Notes: generated by a model from the sequence alone, not told the origin. Numbered from the stretch's first letter, positions 44,913-55,873 are shown. The stretch is DNA of 64,000 nt from an uncultured Pelagibacteraceae bacterium (GCA_902540235.1 CACBLI010000008.1:13135-77134); one strand, 5' to 3'. Program-made: numbers and translations.

Positions 44913-46446
44913 TATTTTTTTCTATTTTTTTAAATAATATATCTATTTTATTTATTTTTTTGTCTTTAATTAGAAACTCATTATTTTCAATTGAAGAAAA
45001 ATCAATATCTTTTTCATTTATATTAAAAATTTTTAGTGCTTTAACAGAAGACTCTGGGATAATAGGATATAATAAATAACTTATTTTTCTCACTATTTCT
45101 AACGTTGTATAAACTATTGTATTTAATCTTATTAGATCATCTTTCTTTTTCCAAGGCTCTTGATCATTAAAATATTTGTTTGCCTCAAATAAAGAATTTA
45201 CAATAAAGTCTATGTAAAAATTAATATCTTGGTTATCAATTTTTTCCCTAATAGTATTTAAATTATTCTTAAATTTATCTAATATTTTAAGATCATCTGA
45301 GTGAAATTCTATTTTATTTGGAATTTTCCCGTCACAATTTTTTAGAGAAAAAGCAACTACTCGTTGACACAAGTTCCCAAAATTGTTCGCTAAATCACTA
45401 TTGATACAATCTTCAAGTCTCTCTTGTGAAATATTTCCGTCATTTCCAAAAGAAACTTCTTTAATAAGATAATATCTTAAGGCATCTATGCCATAATTTT
45501 CTATAATATCAATTGGATCTAATATGTTACCTTTTGACTTTGACATCTTTTCGTCTCCTGAAAGTATCCAGCCATGACCATAAACCCTTAGTGGAGGTTT
45601 AATTTTAGCTGCTAACAAAAAAGCTGGCCAATAAATCGCATGAAATCTTAATATATCTTTACCAATAATGTGTAATGAGGCAGGCCAAAAATTATTAAGC
45701 AACTTATCGTTTTTATCAGGATAATTCAAAGCACTTAAATAATTAGTTAGCGCATCAAGCCATACATATATAACATGATCTTTGTTGCCAGGGACTTTAA
45801 TACCCCAGGAGAAACTCTTCCGACTTACAGATAAATCTTTCAAACCACTTTTTACAAAACTAATAACTTCATTTTTTCTAGATTCTGGTGAAATAAATTG
45901 TGGATTTTTTTCATAAAAATTTAGTAAAGGCTTTTCCCATTTTGATAATCTAAAAAAAAAAGACTCCTCATCAACCCACTCGACTAAAGATTTTGAAGAA
46001 ATTGCTATTTTTTTTCCATTATTTTCCTCAATTTCATCTTCATTATAAAATGCTTCATCTGATACAGAGTACCATCCAGAATATTTAGAAAGATAAATGT
46101 CATCATTTTTTGCTAGTTCATTCCATAAATATTGCACAGATTTTAAATGTCTTTTTTCAGTAGTTCTTATAAAATCAGTATTTGATAAATTTAAAGTTTT
46201 TGAAAGATTCTTAAAAGTTTGACTAATAGTATCGCAAAATTTTAGTGTATCCATCCCCTCTTTTTCAGCAGCTCTTTGAATCTTTAATCCATGTTCGTCA
46301 GTGCCAGTTAAAAAATGTACTTGAAAACCATCGATTCTTTTAAATCTTGCAAAAAAATCTGCAACAATACTTGAGTATGCGTGGCCCATATGAGGTTTTC
46401 CTGATGGATAATAAATCGGTGTTGTAATATAAAAATATTTAGTCAT
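44905..46446 (-). CDS. metG: Methionine--tRNA ligase
   Basis: 513 aa with a HIGH-type motif (PSGKPHMGHAYS) and KMSKSKGN. Confidence 0.95.
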   Translation of the reverse strand: MTKYFYITTPIYYPSGKPHMGHAYSSIVADFFARFKRIDGFQVHFLTGTDEHGLKIQRAAEKEGMDTLKFCDTISQTFKNLSKTLNLSNTDFIRTTEKRHLKSVQYLWNELAKNDDIYLSKYSGWYSVSDEAFYNEDEIEENNGKKIAISSKSLVEWVDEESFFFRLSKWEKPLLNFYEKNPQFISPESRKNEVISFVKSGLKDLSVSRKSFSWGIKVPGNKDHVIYVWLDALTNYLSALNYPDKNDKLLNNFWPASLHIIGKDILRFHAIYWPAFLLAAKIKPPLRVYGHGWILSGDEKMSKSKGNILDPIDIIENYGIDALRYYLIKEVSFGNDGNISQERLEDCINSDLANNFGNLCQRVVAFSLKNCDGKIPNKIEFHSDDLKILDKFKNNLNTIREKIDNQDINFYIDFIVNSLFEANKYFNDQEPWKKKDDLIRLNTIVYTTLEIVRKISYLLYPIIPESSVKALKIFNINEKDIDFSSIENNEFLIKDKKINKIDILFKKIEKNND

Positions 46447-47359
46447 TAATTATTTGATATCTTAATTGGATAAATACACTCTCAATATCTAAATTAAATC
46501 TTTTAATTTCATTAATTGAATTTACAAATTTTGTATAAACTGAATAGTTGTCTAGACTGTTAATTTCTTTGATAAAATACATTTGAAAAAAAGCAAATAT
46601 AAGATTAATGCTTAAAATATCATTTTTATAATACTGATTGTCAATTATTTTTAACAAGAACTCTTTGAGATTCATATTCGTTAAGTCAATTTTTTTTTCA
46701 AAAGAAAAATTATACAAATTTATTAGATCGCCTGGAGTAAAATAATGTGAAATTAAATCATTATTTATCAAACTATTAATATCTTGATCAATAATCTTAT
46801 TAAAAATTTTAATACTTTCTTGTTGTGATAACGTAATTTTAAAAAACAAACATCTAGATTTAATAGTTTGTAAAATTTTTGATGAATTGTTAATGATAAT
46901 AAAAAATATATTATCATTTGGTTCTTCTAGAGTTTTAAGTAAAGCATTATTTGAATTTAAATTCATTAACTCGTGATTATCTATCAAAACAAATCTGGGC
47001 TTTTTATTAAAAGAAGATTTATTGCAAAAACTTATTAATTCTCTTATTTGATCAACTTCGATATTCTTTTTTTCTTTTTTGATATCAATTAAATAAAAAT
47101 TTGGTGACGTATTGTTTTTAATTAATTTAAAAGATCTATTTTTATCATTAATTTGTAAATTTTGAACATTATAGGAATAATCCTCATTTTTAGATAAAAT
47201 ATAATTAATTAAATGTAGTGATAATGTAAATTTACCTGATCCTTTTTGACCTGATAATAATATCTTATTAGGTAATTTATTATTATCAAATAAATACTTT
47301 AATTCATTGAAATAATTATTTAATCCAAAGAGTCTAGTCTGATTAATGGGATCATTCAT
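46439..47359 (-). CDS. holB: DNA polymerase III subunit delta'
   Basis: 306 aa. AAA+-like LSGQKGSGKFTL, a clamp-loader box (LLKTLEEP) and the conserved tmk-holB-metG-tatD order. Confidence 0.82.
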   Translation of the reverse strand: MNDPINQTRLFGLNNYFNELKYLFDNNKLPNKILLSGQKGSGKFTLSLHLINYILSKNEDYSYNVQNLQINDKNRSFKLIKNNTSPNFYLIDIKKEKKNIEVDQIRELISFCNKSSFNKKPRFVLIDNHELMNLNSNNALLKTLEEPNDNIFFIIINNSSKILQTIKSRCLFFKITLSQQESIKIFNKIIDQDINSLINNDLISHYFTPGDLINLYNFSFEKKIDLTNMNLKEFLLKIIDNQYYKNDILSINLIFAFFQMYFIKEINSLDNYSVYTKFVNSINEIKRFNLDIESVFIQLRYQIIND

Positions 47360-47361
47360 AT

Positions 47362-47976
47362 CTAAATCAAGTCTTTAACTTTATTTATAATTAATTTTTC
47401 ATTAGATTTAACTTCTAAATTAGAGTTAACAATGAAATATTTTTTGGGTTTTTTTTTAGCCATTTTTATGAAACCTTTTTGGACTTTTTTATAAAAATTT
47501 TTATTAAATTTATCATATCTATTTAATCTTTTTCTTTTTTTTAGTCTTTTTATCATATTTTTTTCGCTTACTAGGTTAAGGAAGGTGAAATCAACTTTTA
47601 GTCTGTCTAAAATAAATTTGTTTATATTGTTTATAAAATTAATATTTAAACCCATTCCATAATGCTGATAAGCAATTGTTGAGTCTACAAATCTATCAAT
47701 CAAAATTATTTTTTTTTTATAATTTTTCTTAAGAATTGAAATATTCTCATTTCTTGCAGCTATATATAATAATAAATCTGTTTTTGGTCGAAATTTTGTT
47801 TTTTTACTTAAGATTAATTTTCTTATTTTTTCGGAATTTGGATTTCCACCTGGTTCTCTTAAATATAAAAAATCAATTTTTTTTTTTTTTAAAAAACTTA
47901 CAATTTTTTTAATATGGTGAGATTTACCAGAACCCTCAATGCCTTCAAAAACAATGATTGGTTTTTTAGACATCAC
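47362..47976 (-). CDS. tmk: Thymidylate kinase
   Basis: 204 aa with P-loop FEGIEGSGKS and DRF(V)DST motifs. Confidence 0.9.
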   Translation of the reverse strand: MMSKKPIIVFEGIEGSGKSHHIKKIVSFLKKKKIDFLYLREPGGNPNSEKIRKLILSKKTKFRPKTDLLLYIAARNENISILKKNYKKKIILIDRFVDSTIAYQHYGMGLNINFINNINKFILDRLKVDFTFLNLVSEKNMIKRLKKRKRLNRYDKFNKNFYKKVQKGFIKMAKKKPKKYFIVNSNLEVKSNEKLIINKVKDLI

Positions 47977-49117
47977 CCCAAATCAAATAATTTAATGATC
48001 TAATTAATCTAGAGAAAATATTTAATCTTTTAATTTCCTCTTTTGCGTAAAGATCATATTCTCCTACCAGCTCATCATCATAAACCATCTTAAGTTTAGC
48101 AATAACTTGATCCTTTTTAATTGGAGCTTCGATTGGTCCGTTATAATTTACTGATATTTTAAGACGATTTTTTCTGGCTTTTTTAATAGTTTTGTAAATA
48201 TTTTGATTTGAATAGACTTGAACATTATTTTTTTGACCCAACCATACCTCCACTTCAGAAATTACTTGATTGGCCTCTGTAATTTTTACTAAATCAAAAT
48301 TTGTTAAACCGTAGGTTAAGATTTTTGTACTCTCTCTAGATCTTTGTTTTTTTGTGTCAAAACCACTACCAACTGCAATTAAGCGTCTTCCATTTCTATT
48401 TATGGACGAAGCCAATGAATATTTTTCAACAGCTAAATATCCTGTTTTAATTCCATCAGCACCAATATTTTTATAAAGAAGCGGATTTCTATTACCCTGA
48501 GTTATTGGATCACCTCCAGTCCGGTCCCAAGTAAACTCTAATTCAGCAAAATATTCATAAAAATTTGGATGAGTTTTTATAAGATAATTAGACATTATTA
48601 GTATATCTCTAACAGTAGAATAATTGTCTGGATCATTAATTCCTGAAGAATTTGCAAAATTAGTATTTTCCATACCAAGTTCTTTTGCTTTAGATGTCAT
48701 TAAAATAGCAAACTCTTCTTCGGTACCCGCTATACCTTCAGCTAACGCAACGCATGCATCATTACCCGAAGCAACAATTATTCCTCTTAACAAATCTTCT
48801 ACTGAAACCTCATCATTTACCATAATAAACATAGATGAGTATCCAGAGGTAGATAAACGCCATGCCTTTTCAGAAACAATGAATTTGTCATCTAAATTAA
48901 TATCTCCAGATTTAATAAAATCAAAAGCTATAATAGCAGTCATTATTTTGGTCATCGAAGCAGGATATATAGAAATATCCGGTTCTTTTTCATACAAAAT
49001 TTCACCAGAATAAAAATCTTGTAAAATTGCTGTTCGAGCTTTTGTTTGAAATTCACAAAATGCATTTGTTGTGAATAAAAATAAAAAAAACAAAATATGT
49101 ATGAATTTTTTAGTCAT
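47966..49117 (-). CDS. D-alanyl-D-alanine carboxypeptidase (PBP5/6 class)
   Basis: SMTKIMTA (SxxK) and SGN motifs, plus a signal peptide. I prefer the start at MTKKFIH (49117), because the track start at 49141 would overlap the upstream gene by 32 nt. Confidence 0.85.
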   Translation of the reverse strand: MTKKFIHILFFLFLFTTNAFCEFQTKARTAILQDFYSGEILYEKEPDISIYPASMTKIMTAIIAFDFIKSGDINLDDKFIVSEKAWRLSTSGYSSMFIMVNDEVSVEDLLRGIIVASGNDACVALAEGIAGTEEEFAILMTSKAKELGMENTNFANSSGINDPDNYSTVRDILIMSNYLIKTHPNFYEYFAELEFTWDRTGGDPITQGNRNPLLYKNIGADGIKTGYLAVEKYSLASSINRNGRRLIAVGSGFDTKKQRSRESTKILTYGLTNFDLVKITEANQVISEVEVWLGQKNNVQVYSNQNIYKTIKKARKNRLKISVNYNGPIEAPIKKDQVIAKLKMVYDDELVGEYDLYAKEEIKRLNIFSRLIRSLNYLIWGDV

Positions 49118-49868
49118 GGCGAATAATTTCAAGGTTTTCAAAATCTAGTATAGCAGCTTTATTATAAGAATTTTTTAAAGAATTAATATCATTAAAAGGA
49201 CCTAAAATAACTCTATAATTTGTTTTCGAAAGAGGCAGTACTTTAAAATTTTTAATTGAAGTTTCGTTTTTAATTCTTTTAATCATTTCTAAGGCTGATT
49301 TTTCGTAATAAAAATCAGCAATTTTTATTGAATATGAAAATTTTTTAGTCTTAATAGTTTTCTTATTAGTTTTTACTTTATTTAGATCATTTATCTCAAT
49401 TCCATCAATTGGAGCTTTTTCAGCCACTTCTTTTTCTTCTTCCCAGGTTTTAGTTTTTTTTGCAATAAATGACGAATTATTCGATATCAATGAAATTGAT
49501 ATATAAGGTTCATCTGGGTCAATATCTAAATCTTCTGCAATTCTTTGAGATATAACTGAATTATAAAAATAAGGATAATTTGTCTTATTTGAAGCAACTT
49601 TTGCTAAAATTGTTTTATTATTTAACATATTTGTTATTTTAACACTTGAATTTTTTTTTAAATTTTTTTGAAAAATTAGATATGAGCGATTATCAATTTT
49701 TTTATCAATAATTTTATCTTTATAAAATTTATCTTCAAAAACTAAAGTAAAACCTTTATTTGAAAAATTTTCTACTATTGTAAATTTTTTTAAATTGACT
49801 TTATTTGAACAATTACTAAGAAATAATATTATAGGTATAATTAGATAATATTTAAAGTTCATTTTCAA
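49110..49868 (-). CDS. SPOR-domain lipoprotein, RlpA-like
   Basis: 252 aa with lipobox LSNC. A degenerate RlpA-type barrel segment (VKITNMLNNKTILAKV...) and a C-terminal SPOR-like domain (YSIKIADFYYEKSALEMIKRI...YRVILGPFNDINS). Confidence 0.6.
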   Translation of the reverse strand: MKMNFKYYLIIPIILFLSNCSNKVNLKKFTIVENFSNKGFTLVFEDKFYKDKIIDKKIDNRSYLIFQKNLKKNSSVKITNMLNNKTILAKVASNKTNYPYFYNSVISQRIAEDLDIDPDEPYISISLISNNSSFIAKKTKTWEEEKEVAEKAPIDGIEINDLNKVKTNKKTIKTKKFSYSIKIADFYYEKSALEMIKRIKNETSIKNFKVLPLSKTNYRVILGPFNDINSLKNSYNKAAILDFENLEIIRHD

Positions 49869-50853
49869 ATTTGTCCTTTAAAGTACATACAGCTAAACTA
49901 AACCTTAAAGATCTATTCCATTTAAGAATAACTTCATAGTTATCATAAACAATATAAGCTGGTGTAAGTTTTTCAGCATCTTTAACAATATCTTTATCTG
50001 GAGTTACTATTGCAACTTTATAATTAAAATTTAAATTGCTAGGTAGGTTATCTTTCTCTATATATTTCATAAAAAAACTTAATTTTTTTTTGTTTTTTAT
50101 TTTTTGTGCAGATGTATTCAAATATTTATTTGGAATATTATCTTTAAGCACTACTTTATAAAAGCATGGACTTTCCGTCCTCCACCCTATTCTTGATAAA
50201 TAATTTGCTGCAGATGCAAATGCATCTATATTATTTTTCAAATTTATTTTCTTATTATTGTTATAATCAATAGCATAATTATCAATAGTGCTTGGCATAA
50301 ATTGAAAAAATCCAAAAGCACCAGCCCATGATCCATATAAACTTTTATGATCAACTTTTTTGGTTTCTATTAACTTTAGAAGAGTGATTAGTTCATTTGT
50401 AAAAAACTCAGATCTTCTTTTATCAAAACTTAGTGTTGCAAGAGAAGAAAGAATATCCATTTTTCCAACATAATTACCAAAATTTGTTTCGATACCCATC
50501 AAAGCTAACATTAATTCTTTTTCAACTTTGAATTCTTTTTCTATTTTGTTTATTAATTCCTTGTTCTGTTCATATAGTTCTAGGCCTTGTTTCAATTTTT
50601 TTAATGAAGCTCTTTTGCTAATATATGTTTTTGTATCTTCATAAAACTCAGGTTGGTATCTATCGTATTTAATTACGTTTGGTAAATATCTGGTATTTTC
50701 AATTGCTATATTAAAAGTTTCTTCTGATATATCTTTAGATAATGCTACTTTTTTGAAATCTTTTTTCCAGTTTTCAAATTCTATATTGATATCAGCATAA
50801 GTTAAATTACAATAAAATATACTTATGAATAATAATGTCTTAATTATTTTCAT
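49852..50853 (-). CDS. Lytic murein transglycosylase (MltB/SLT_2 family)
   Basis: 333 aa with a signal peptide, a catalytic-region pattern (LALMGIETNFG) and GSWAGAFGFFQFMPST. Confidence 0.82.
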   Translation of the reverse strand: MKIIKTLLFISIFYCNLTYADINIEFENWKKDFKKVALSKDISEETFNIAIENTRYLPNVIKYDRYQPEFYEDTKTYISKRASLKKLKQGLELYEQNKELINKIEKEFKVEKELMLALMGIETNFGNYVGKMDILSSLATLSFDKRRSEFFTNELITLLKLIETKKVDHKSLYGSWAGAFGFFQFMPSTIDNYAIDYNNNKKINLKNNIDAFASAANYLSRIGWRTESPCFYKVVLKDNIPNKYLNTSAQKIKNKKKLSFFMKYIEKDNLPSNLNFNYKVAIVTPDKDIVKDAEKLTPAYIVYDNYEVILKWNRSLRFSLAVCTLKDKFENEL

Positions 50854-51718
50854 ATAAGTCTTTCAAATATATAATTACAGCTATCCATATAATAATAAAA
50901 CTAATAAATTTTACTAAAGAAAAACTCTCATTGTAATAGAAATAGCCCATAATGAACTGTAGAGTGGGTGTTATGTAAAATATCATGCCTGTTGGCCCCA
51001 ACCCTATTAACTCAACACCCCTAACATAAAGAAATAAAGGAATTACTGTCATTGGTCCTGCTAGGATTAGAAATAAACTTAGACTAGGATTTGATAGGTT
51101 AAAATCATTTAAACCATTTTTATATATTAAATAAAACGCAATTAAAGCAAATGGAAATATAAAAAAACTCTCAATTAAAAGTCCAATATCAGTATCAACA
51201 TTAATTTTTTTTCTAACAAGATTATAAAAAGCCCAACTAAAAGCTACTATTAAACCAACCCATGGTAGACTTTTTAGATTAAAAAAAATTATAAATAAAA
51301 TTGAAATAATGACCAAAATTACAGAAAAAATTCTTTTATCATTTAATTTTTCTTTAAAAAAAATTTTACCTAATAAAACACTAATAATTGGCATTATGAA
51401 ATATCCAAAACTTGCATCTATTATTCTTTCAGTTGCGACAGCATATATCCAAATAGCCCAATTAATAAAAATTAGAGCTCCTGAGATAAATAAGTAGATC
51501 AAATTTTTTTTGATGATTGCAATTTTAAAAAATATTTTCCATTTCGATATAAATGTTGTAGTTAAAATTAACATCAAAGTTGTCCATAAACATCTATGAA
51601 CCACCAATTCTATGTGACCAATAAAAGATACATATTCAAAGTAAATTACTCCAATAAAACCCCACCAAAAAGATCCTAATGAAGTTAATAATAAACCTTT
51701 GTTAAAATCTTTATTCAT
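50840..51718 (-). CDS. rarD: RarD/EamA-family DMT transporter
   Basis: 292 aa, 10 TM, with a RarD-like N-terminus (GLLLTSLGSFWWGFIGVIYF...HRCLW). Confidence 0.72.
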   Translation of the reverse strand: MNKDFNKGLLLTSLGSFWWGFIGVIYFEYVSFIGHIELVVHRCLWTTLMLILTTTFISKWKIFFKIAIIKKNLIYLFISGALIFINWAIWIYAVATERIIDASFGYFIMPIISVLLGKIFFKEKLNDKRIFSVILVIISILFIIFFNLKSLPWVGLIVAFSWAFYNLVRKKINVDTDIGLLIESFFIFPFALIAFYLIYKNGLNDFNLSNPSLSLFLILAGPMTVIPLFLYVRGVELIGLGPTGMIFYITPTLQFIMGYFYYNESFSLVKFISFIIIWIAVIIYLKDLYENN

Positions 51719-51805
51719 AGAATTTTATAGAATTAAATAATACTTAAGGTAAATAGACTATTTTATGGTTGAATTATATATTTTTAATAATAAAACCTTG
51801 CTCAT

Positions 51806-51895
51806 GGAGAGATGGCTGAGCGGTTGAAAGCACCGGTCTTGAAAACCGGCAAAGGGGCAACTCTTTCCTGGGTTCGAATCCCAGTCTCTCCGCCA
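51806..51895 (+). tRNA. tRNA-Ser (anticodon TGA)
   Basis: 90 nt. Acceptor GGAGAGA/TCTCTCC, anticodon stem CCGGT/ACCGG with loop CT-TGA-AA, a long variable arm, T loop GGTTCGAATCC and an encoded CCA. Confidence 0.9.
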
Positions 51896-51898
51896 TTC

Positions 51899-52165
51899 TT
51901 AATCAACCACATATTTAAATTTTTTAAATAAAGAATTAACATTATTGTCCTCAAATTCTATGTTTGTATTCAATCCTTTATAAAAATTAAATAGATCTTC
52001 GTCCTCAAAACTTAGGAGCTTTTGTAAATCTAGTAGATCCTTCTCATTTAGTTGATTAATATAAGCATTTGTGAATGCTCCTAGTAATTTATCCATTTCT
52101 TTTGTGCCACGATAATTTGATCTATAGATAATTTTTTTTTTTAATTGTTCTATTTCAGAATTCAT
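51899..52165 (-). CDS. sdhE: Succinate dehydrogenase flavinylation factor (SdhE/SDHAF2 family)
   Basis: KKKIIYRSNYRGTKEMDKLLGAF matches the SdhE RGxxE motif. Divergent from recG, as in other alphaproteobacteria. I start at MNSEIE (52165), because the track start at 52204 overlaps recG. Confidence 0.75.
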   Translation of the reverse strand: MNSEIEQLKKKIIYRSNYRGTKEMDKLLGAFTNAYINQLNEKDLLDLQKLLSFEDEDLFNFYKGLNTNIEFEDNNVNSLFKKFKYVVD

Positions 52166-52187
52166 AATTAGAATATATAAGTTGTAA

Positions 52188-54239
52188 ATGTATAATAAAA
52201 GCAATTATCAATATCTGTTAAAAGATTTATCAACTTTAAAAGGAGTTGGTGCTAAAACGTCTCAAATTTTAAAAAAAAAAAAAATAAATAGTATTTTTGA
52301 TATATTATGGAAACTACCTAAATCATTTACAGATCGAACTCTATCTTCAAAAGTTAAAGATTTGAAAATAGGTGAAAATCAAACAATAACAATTTTTCCA
52401 AAAAAGTATTTATTTCCCAGGGTAAGAAATCTACCAAACAGGGTTGTTTGCTCAGATGATACTGGAGAATTGGACTGTGTTTTTTTTAACAGTTATGAAG
52501 GATATATAAGAAAGATCCTGCCTTTAGGTAAAGAGGTTACAATAAATGGAAAAATTGGAATGTTTAAAAATAAATACCAAATAACCAACCCAAAATACAT
52601 CTCAGAGGATTCCTCGTTAATAAAACAAAAACATAACAAATATGAACTATCAGATGGTATTTCAGAGAAAGTTTACAACAAAATAATAAATCAAATAATT
52701 GAAACGCTCCCAATCTTAGATGAGTGGCATTCCAGGGACATATTAGCTAAGTTTGATAATATAAGCTGGATCACATCAATAAAAGAATTACATAAACCAG
52801 AAAATATTGGAAAGTATAAAAAAAATTTTTATCAAAGACTCGCTTATGATGAAATTTTTTCAACATTTTTAGTTAATTCAGAAATAAGAAAAAAAATTAA
52901 GAAGAATAAGAAGAAAAATAAAATTTTACATTTAAATAAACAAAATAAGATTATAAACAAACTTGATTTTTCATTAACTAAAGATCAATTAAAATCATTG
53001 AAAGAAATCAATCAAGATTTGTGTTCAACAACCAAGATGTTTAGACTTTTACAGGGTGATGTTGGAAGTGGAAAAACAATTGTTTCTCTTTTAGCCGCAT
53101 ATAACACTGTTAATTCAGGTTTTCAAGTTGCAGTCATGGCTCCGACTGAAATTTTATCAAGACAACATTTTAATCTTGCAAAGAAAATTTTTGCTGACGA
53201 ATTAAATATTGCTCTGATTTCTGGAAAAACTGAATATAAAGAAAAAAAAGATATACTCAGTAGACTTTTACAAAATAAAATTAATATAATCTTTGGTACA
53301 CATGCAATATTTCAAAAAAAAGTAATCTTTAAAAATCTTGGATTGATAATCATTGATGAACAACACAAATTTGGTGTAAGTCAAAGAAAACGTTTATCTG
53401 ATAAGGGAGGAAAAGATTGCGATATATTACTGATGACTGCTACACCAATACCTAGAACCTTAACAATGACTGTTTATGGTGATATGGACATTTCTATAAT
53501 AAAAGAAAAACCTAAATCAAGAAAATCTATCAAAACTTATAGTAAATTAGAAAATAAGATAGATGATGTCATAAAATTTGTACAAAAAGAAATTAGTCTT
53601 GGAAATCAAATATTTTGGGTTTGCCCACTAATAGAGGAGTCTAAAAGAATTGATCATACTTCAGCTATTAAAAAATTTGAATATTTAAAAAAATTGTTCC
53701 CAAAACAAGTTTTATTATTACACGGAAAGACCACTATCGATGAAAAAGAAAATATTTTAAACAGTTTTTTAAAAAATGAATTTAAAATATTAGTGTCAAC
53801 TACAATCATAGAAGTTGGTATAGATTTTCCAAATGCTAATGTAATAATCATAGAAAATGCAAATAAGTTTGGGTTATCACAATTACATCAACTTAGAGGA
53901 CGTGTTGGTAGAGGTTCTAAAGCGTCCTCATGTATTTTGATGTTTAAATCAAATTTAAGTGAGAATGCAAAAAAAAGAATTAATATTTTGAAAGACTCTA
54001 ATGATGGTTTTACAATTTCAGAGGCAGATATGGCTATAAGAGGTTTTGGAGATTTATTGGGTTTTAAGCAAAGTGGTATTAAAAATTTTAGATTAGCTGA
54101 TCCCATTCATAATAAAGATCTTTTTTTATTAGCTGAAAAAGAGATTAAAAGAATTGAAAAATCAAACGAAGATATAAAAAAATTTAAACCACTCATTAAA
54201 CTTTATGATAGAGCTGATATAATAAATGATATTGCTTAA
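52188..54239 (+). CDS. recG: ATP-dependent DNA helicase RecG
   Basis: 683 aa with an N-terminal wedge/OB region and helicase motifs GDVGSGKT, DEQHKFG and QLRGRVGRG. Confidence 0.93.
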   Translation: MYNKSNYQYLLKDLSTLKGVGAKTSQILKKKKINSIFDILWKLPKSFTDRTLSSKVKDLKIGENQTITIFPKKYLFPRVRNLPNRVVCSDDTGELDCVFFNSYEGYIRKILPLGKEVTINGKIGMFKNKYQITNPKYISEDSSLIKQKHNKYELSDGISEKVYNKIINQIIETLPILDEWHSRDILAKFDNISWITSIKELHKPENIGKYKKNFYQRLAYDEIFSTFLVNSEIRKKIKKNKKKNKILHLNKQNKIINKLDFSLTKDQLKSLKEINQDLCSTTKMFRLLQGDVGSGKTIVSLLAAYNTVNSGFQVAVMAPTEILSRQHFNLAKKIFADELNIALISGKTEYKEKKDILSRLLQNKINIIFGTHAIFQKKVIFKNLGLIIIDEQHKFGVSQRKRLSDKGGKDCDILLMTATPIPRTLTMTVYGDMDISIIKEKPKSRKSIKTYSKLENKIDDVIKFVQKEISLGNQIFWVCPLIEESKRIDHTSAIKKFEYLKKLFPKQVLLLHGKTTIDEKENILNSFLKNEFKILVSTTIIEVGIDFPNANVIIIENANKFGLSQLHQLRGRVGRGSKASSCILMFKSNLSENAKKRINILKDSNDGFTISEADMAIRGFGDLLGFKQSGIKNFRLADPIHNKDLFLLAEKEIKRIEKSNEDIKKFKPLIKLYDRADIINDIA

Positions 54240-54853
54240 TTCTTACCAGTAGAAGTACCAGCAGATACAATAAATTTAGATGCTTCTTCAAAAGTCATAT
54301 CTAAATAGATCACTTCATCTAAAGGAAACATAAGTAAAAAACCACTTGTAGGATTAGGTGTCGTTGGAACAAAGACGCTTATTAATTTTTGATTAGTTTT
54401 TTGAGCCATCTCACCTTTATTTTCTTTTGTTGCAAAACCAACTGCCCAAACTCCTTTCCTTGGATATTGAATCAATACAACACTTTTCTTGTCATTTTTG
54501 CTATTAGAGAACGTTTCAGTCATTTGTAAAATAGCAGAATAAATTGTTCTTAAGAAAGGTATTCGTTTAAATAGATCATCAATTAACTTTAAAATTTTCT
54601 TACCTAAAAAAGATAATGATAATCCACCAACAATTGTAATGATGACTACAGATATTAAAATTTCAAGTCCTGGGACGGCATAAGGAAGATAGTTATTTGG
54701 ATTTATGTTCTCAGGTATAATTTTAGATGAAATTCCAATGAAAAATTTTGTGAGATATAAAGTAATTCCAATTGGAATTAATACAACAACTCCTGTAATA
54801 AAGTAATTTCTTAAAACAAGTGTTAATGATCTTTTTTTTTTATTTTTATTCAT
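54236..54853 (-). CDS. DUF502-family membrane protein
   Basis: 205 aa. The N-terminal LRNYFITGVVVLIPIGITLY pattern and two TM segments are typical of DUF502. Confidence 0.7.
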   Translation of the reverse strand: MNKNKKKRSLTLVLRNYFITGVVVLIPIGITLYLTKFFIGISSKIIPENINPNNYLPYAVPGLEILISVVIITIVGGLSLSFLGKKILKLIDDLFKRIPFLRTIYSAILQMTETFSNSKNDKKSVVLIQYPRKGVWAVGFATKENKGEMAQKTNQKLISVFVPTTPNPTSGFLLMFPLDEVIYLDMTFEEASKFIVSAGTSTGKN

Positions 54854-54965
54854 AATTTTATCTAAAACTTGAATAGATTACGAATGAAATTGCTACTATG
54901 AAAAGTACTAATAATATTTTATTATTTAGATTCATTAATTAATATAATATCAATGTATTTATAAA

Positions 54966-55793
54966 ATGAATAGAAGAAAATTTTTGTCATATGTTGGTTG
55001 TAGTTGTGGAGGGTTGCTTTTAAATTCTTGTTCTACTGCTCCTATCACAGAGAGAAAACAGCTAAAAATAATACCCGAAGCTAAACTAAATGCTCAAGCT
55101 GCTAAGATTTTTGAAAAAGTGAAAGAAAAAGAAAAGTTAAGTAAAGACACAAAGACGCTTGATTTGATTAAAAATATTGGAAAAAAAATGGAGGATTCTA
55201 TTAGTGAATATTTTTATGTATCAAAACTTGACGACCCAACTCAAAATTTCGATTGGGAATACATTTTAATAGAAAATAAAAAAGTAAGAAATGCCTGGTG
55301 TATGCCTGGTGGTAAAATTGCAGTCTATACTGGAATGCTTGAGGTCACTAAAAATACAAATGGTTTGGCAGCGGTCATGGGTCATGAAATAGCTCATGCA
55401 GTTGCAAAACATTCTGTTGAAAGAGCTAGTAGAGGGGCAATACTTAATACTGGAACACAATTATTAGATATTTTTACAGGAGGAAAGTTATCCCAAGTAA
55501 ATAGAGCTACTGGAATGGATACAATAGGTTTGCTTTCTCAACTTGGCATAATGAACCCTTTCACAAGAAAACAAGAAAGTGAAGCGGATTATTTAGGAAT
55601 GATTTTTTCTTCTCTGTCGGGTTATGATATAAGAGAGACTACTAAAATTTGGGAAAGAATGAAAGAATTTAACAAAGGAAAGTCGCAACCGGAATTTTTA
55701 AGCACCCATCCATCTGCTGACAATCGTATAAAAAAGATAAATGAGTGGACAAACAAGATTATTCTAGAATACCCACCAATAAAAATTTCCTAA
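54966..55793 (+). CDS. M48-family zinc metallopeptidase lipoprotein
   Basis: 275 aa with lipobox LLNSCS and an HEIAHAV zinc motif with a downstream E (QESEADYLG). Confidence 0.85.
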   Translation: MNRRKFLSYVGCSCGGLLLNSCSTAPITERKQLKIIPEAKLNAQAAKIFEKVKEKEKLSKDTKTLDLIKNIGKKMEDSISEYFYVSKLDDPTQNFDWEYILIENKKVRNAWCMPGGKIAVYTGMLEVTKNTNGLAAVMGHEIAHAVAKHSVERASRGAILNTGTQLLDIFTGGKLSQVNRATGMDTIGLLSQLGIMNPFTRKQESEADYLGMIFSSLSGYDIRETTKIWERMKEFNKGKSQPEFLSTHPSADNRIKKINEWTNKIILEYPPIKIS

Positions 55794-55797
55794 AAAT

Positions 55798-55873
<76 letters not shown>

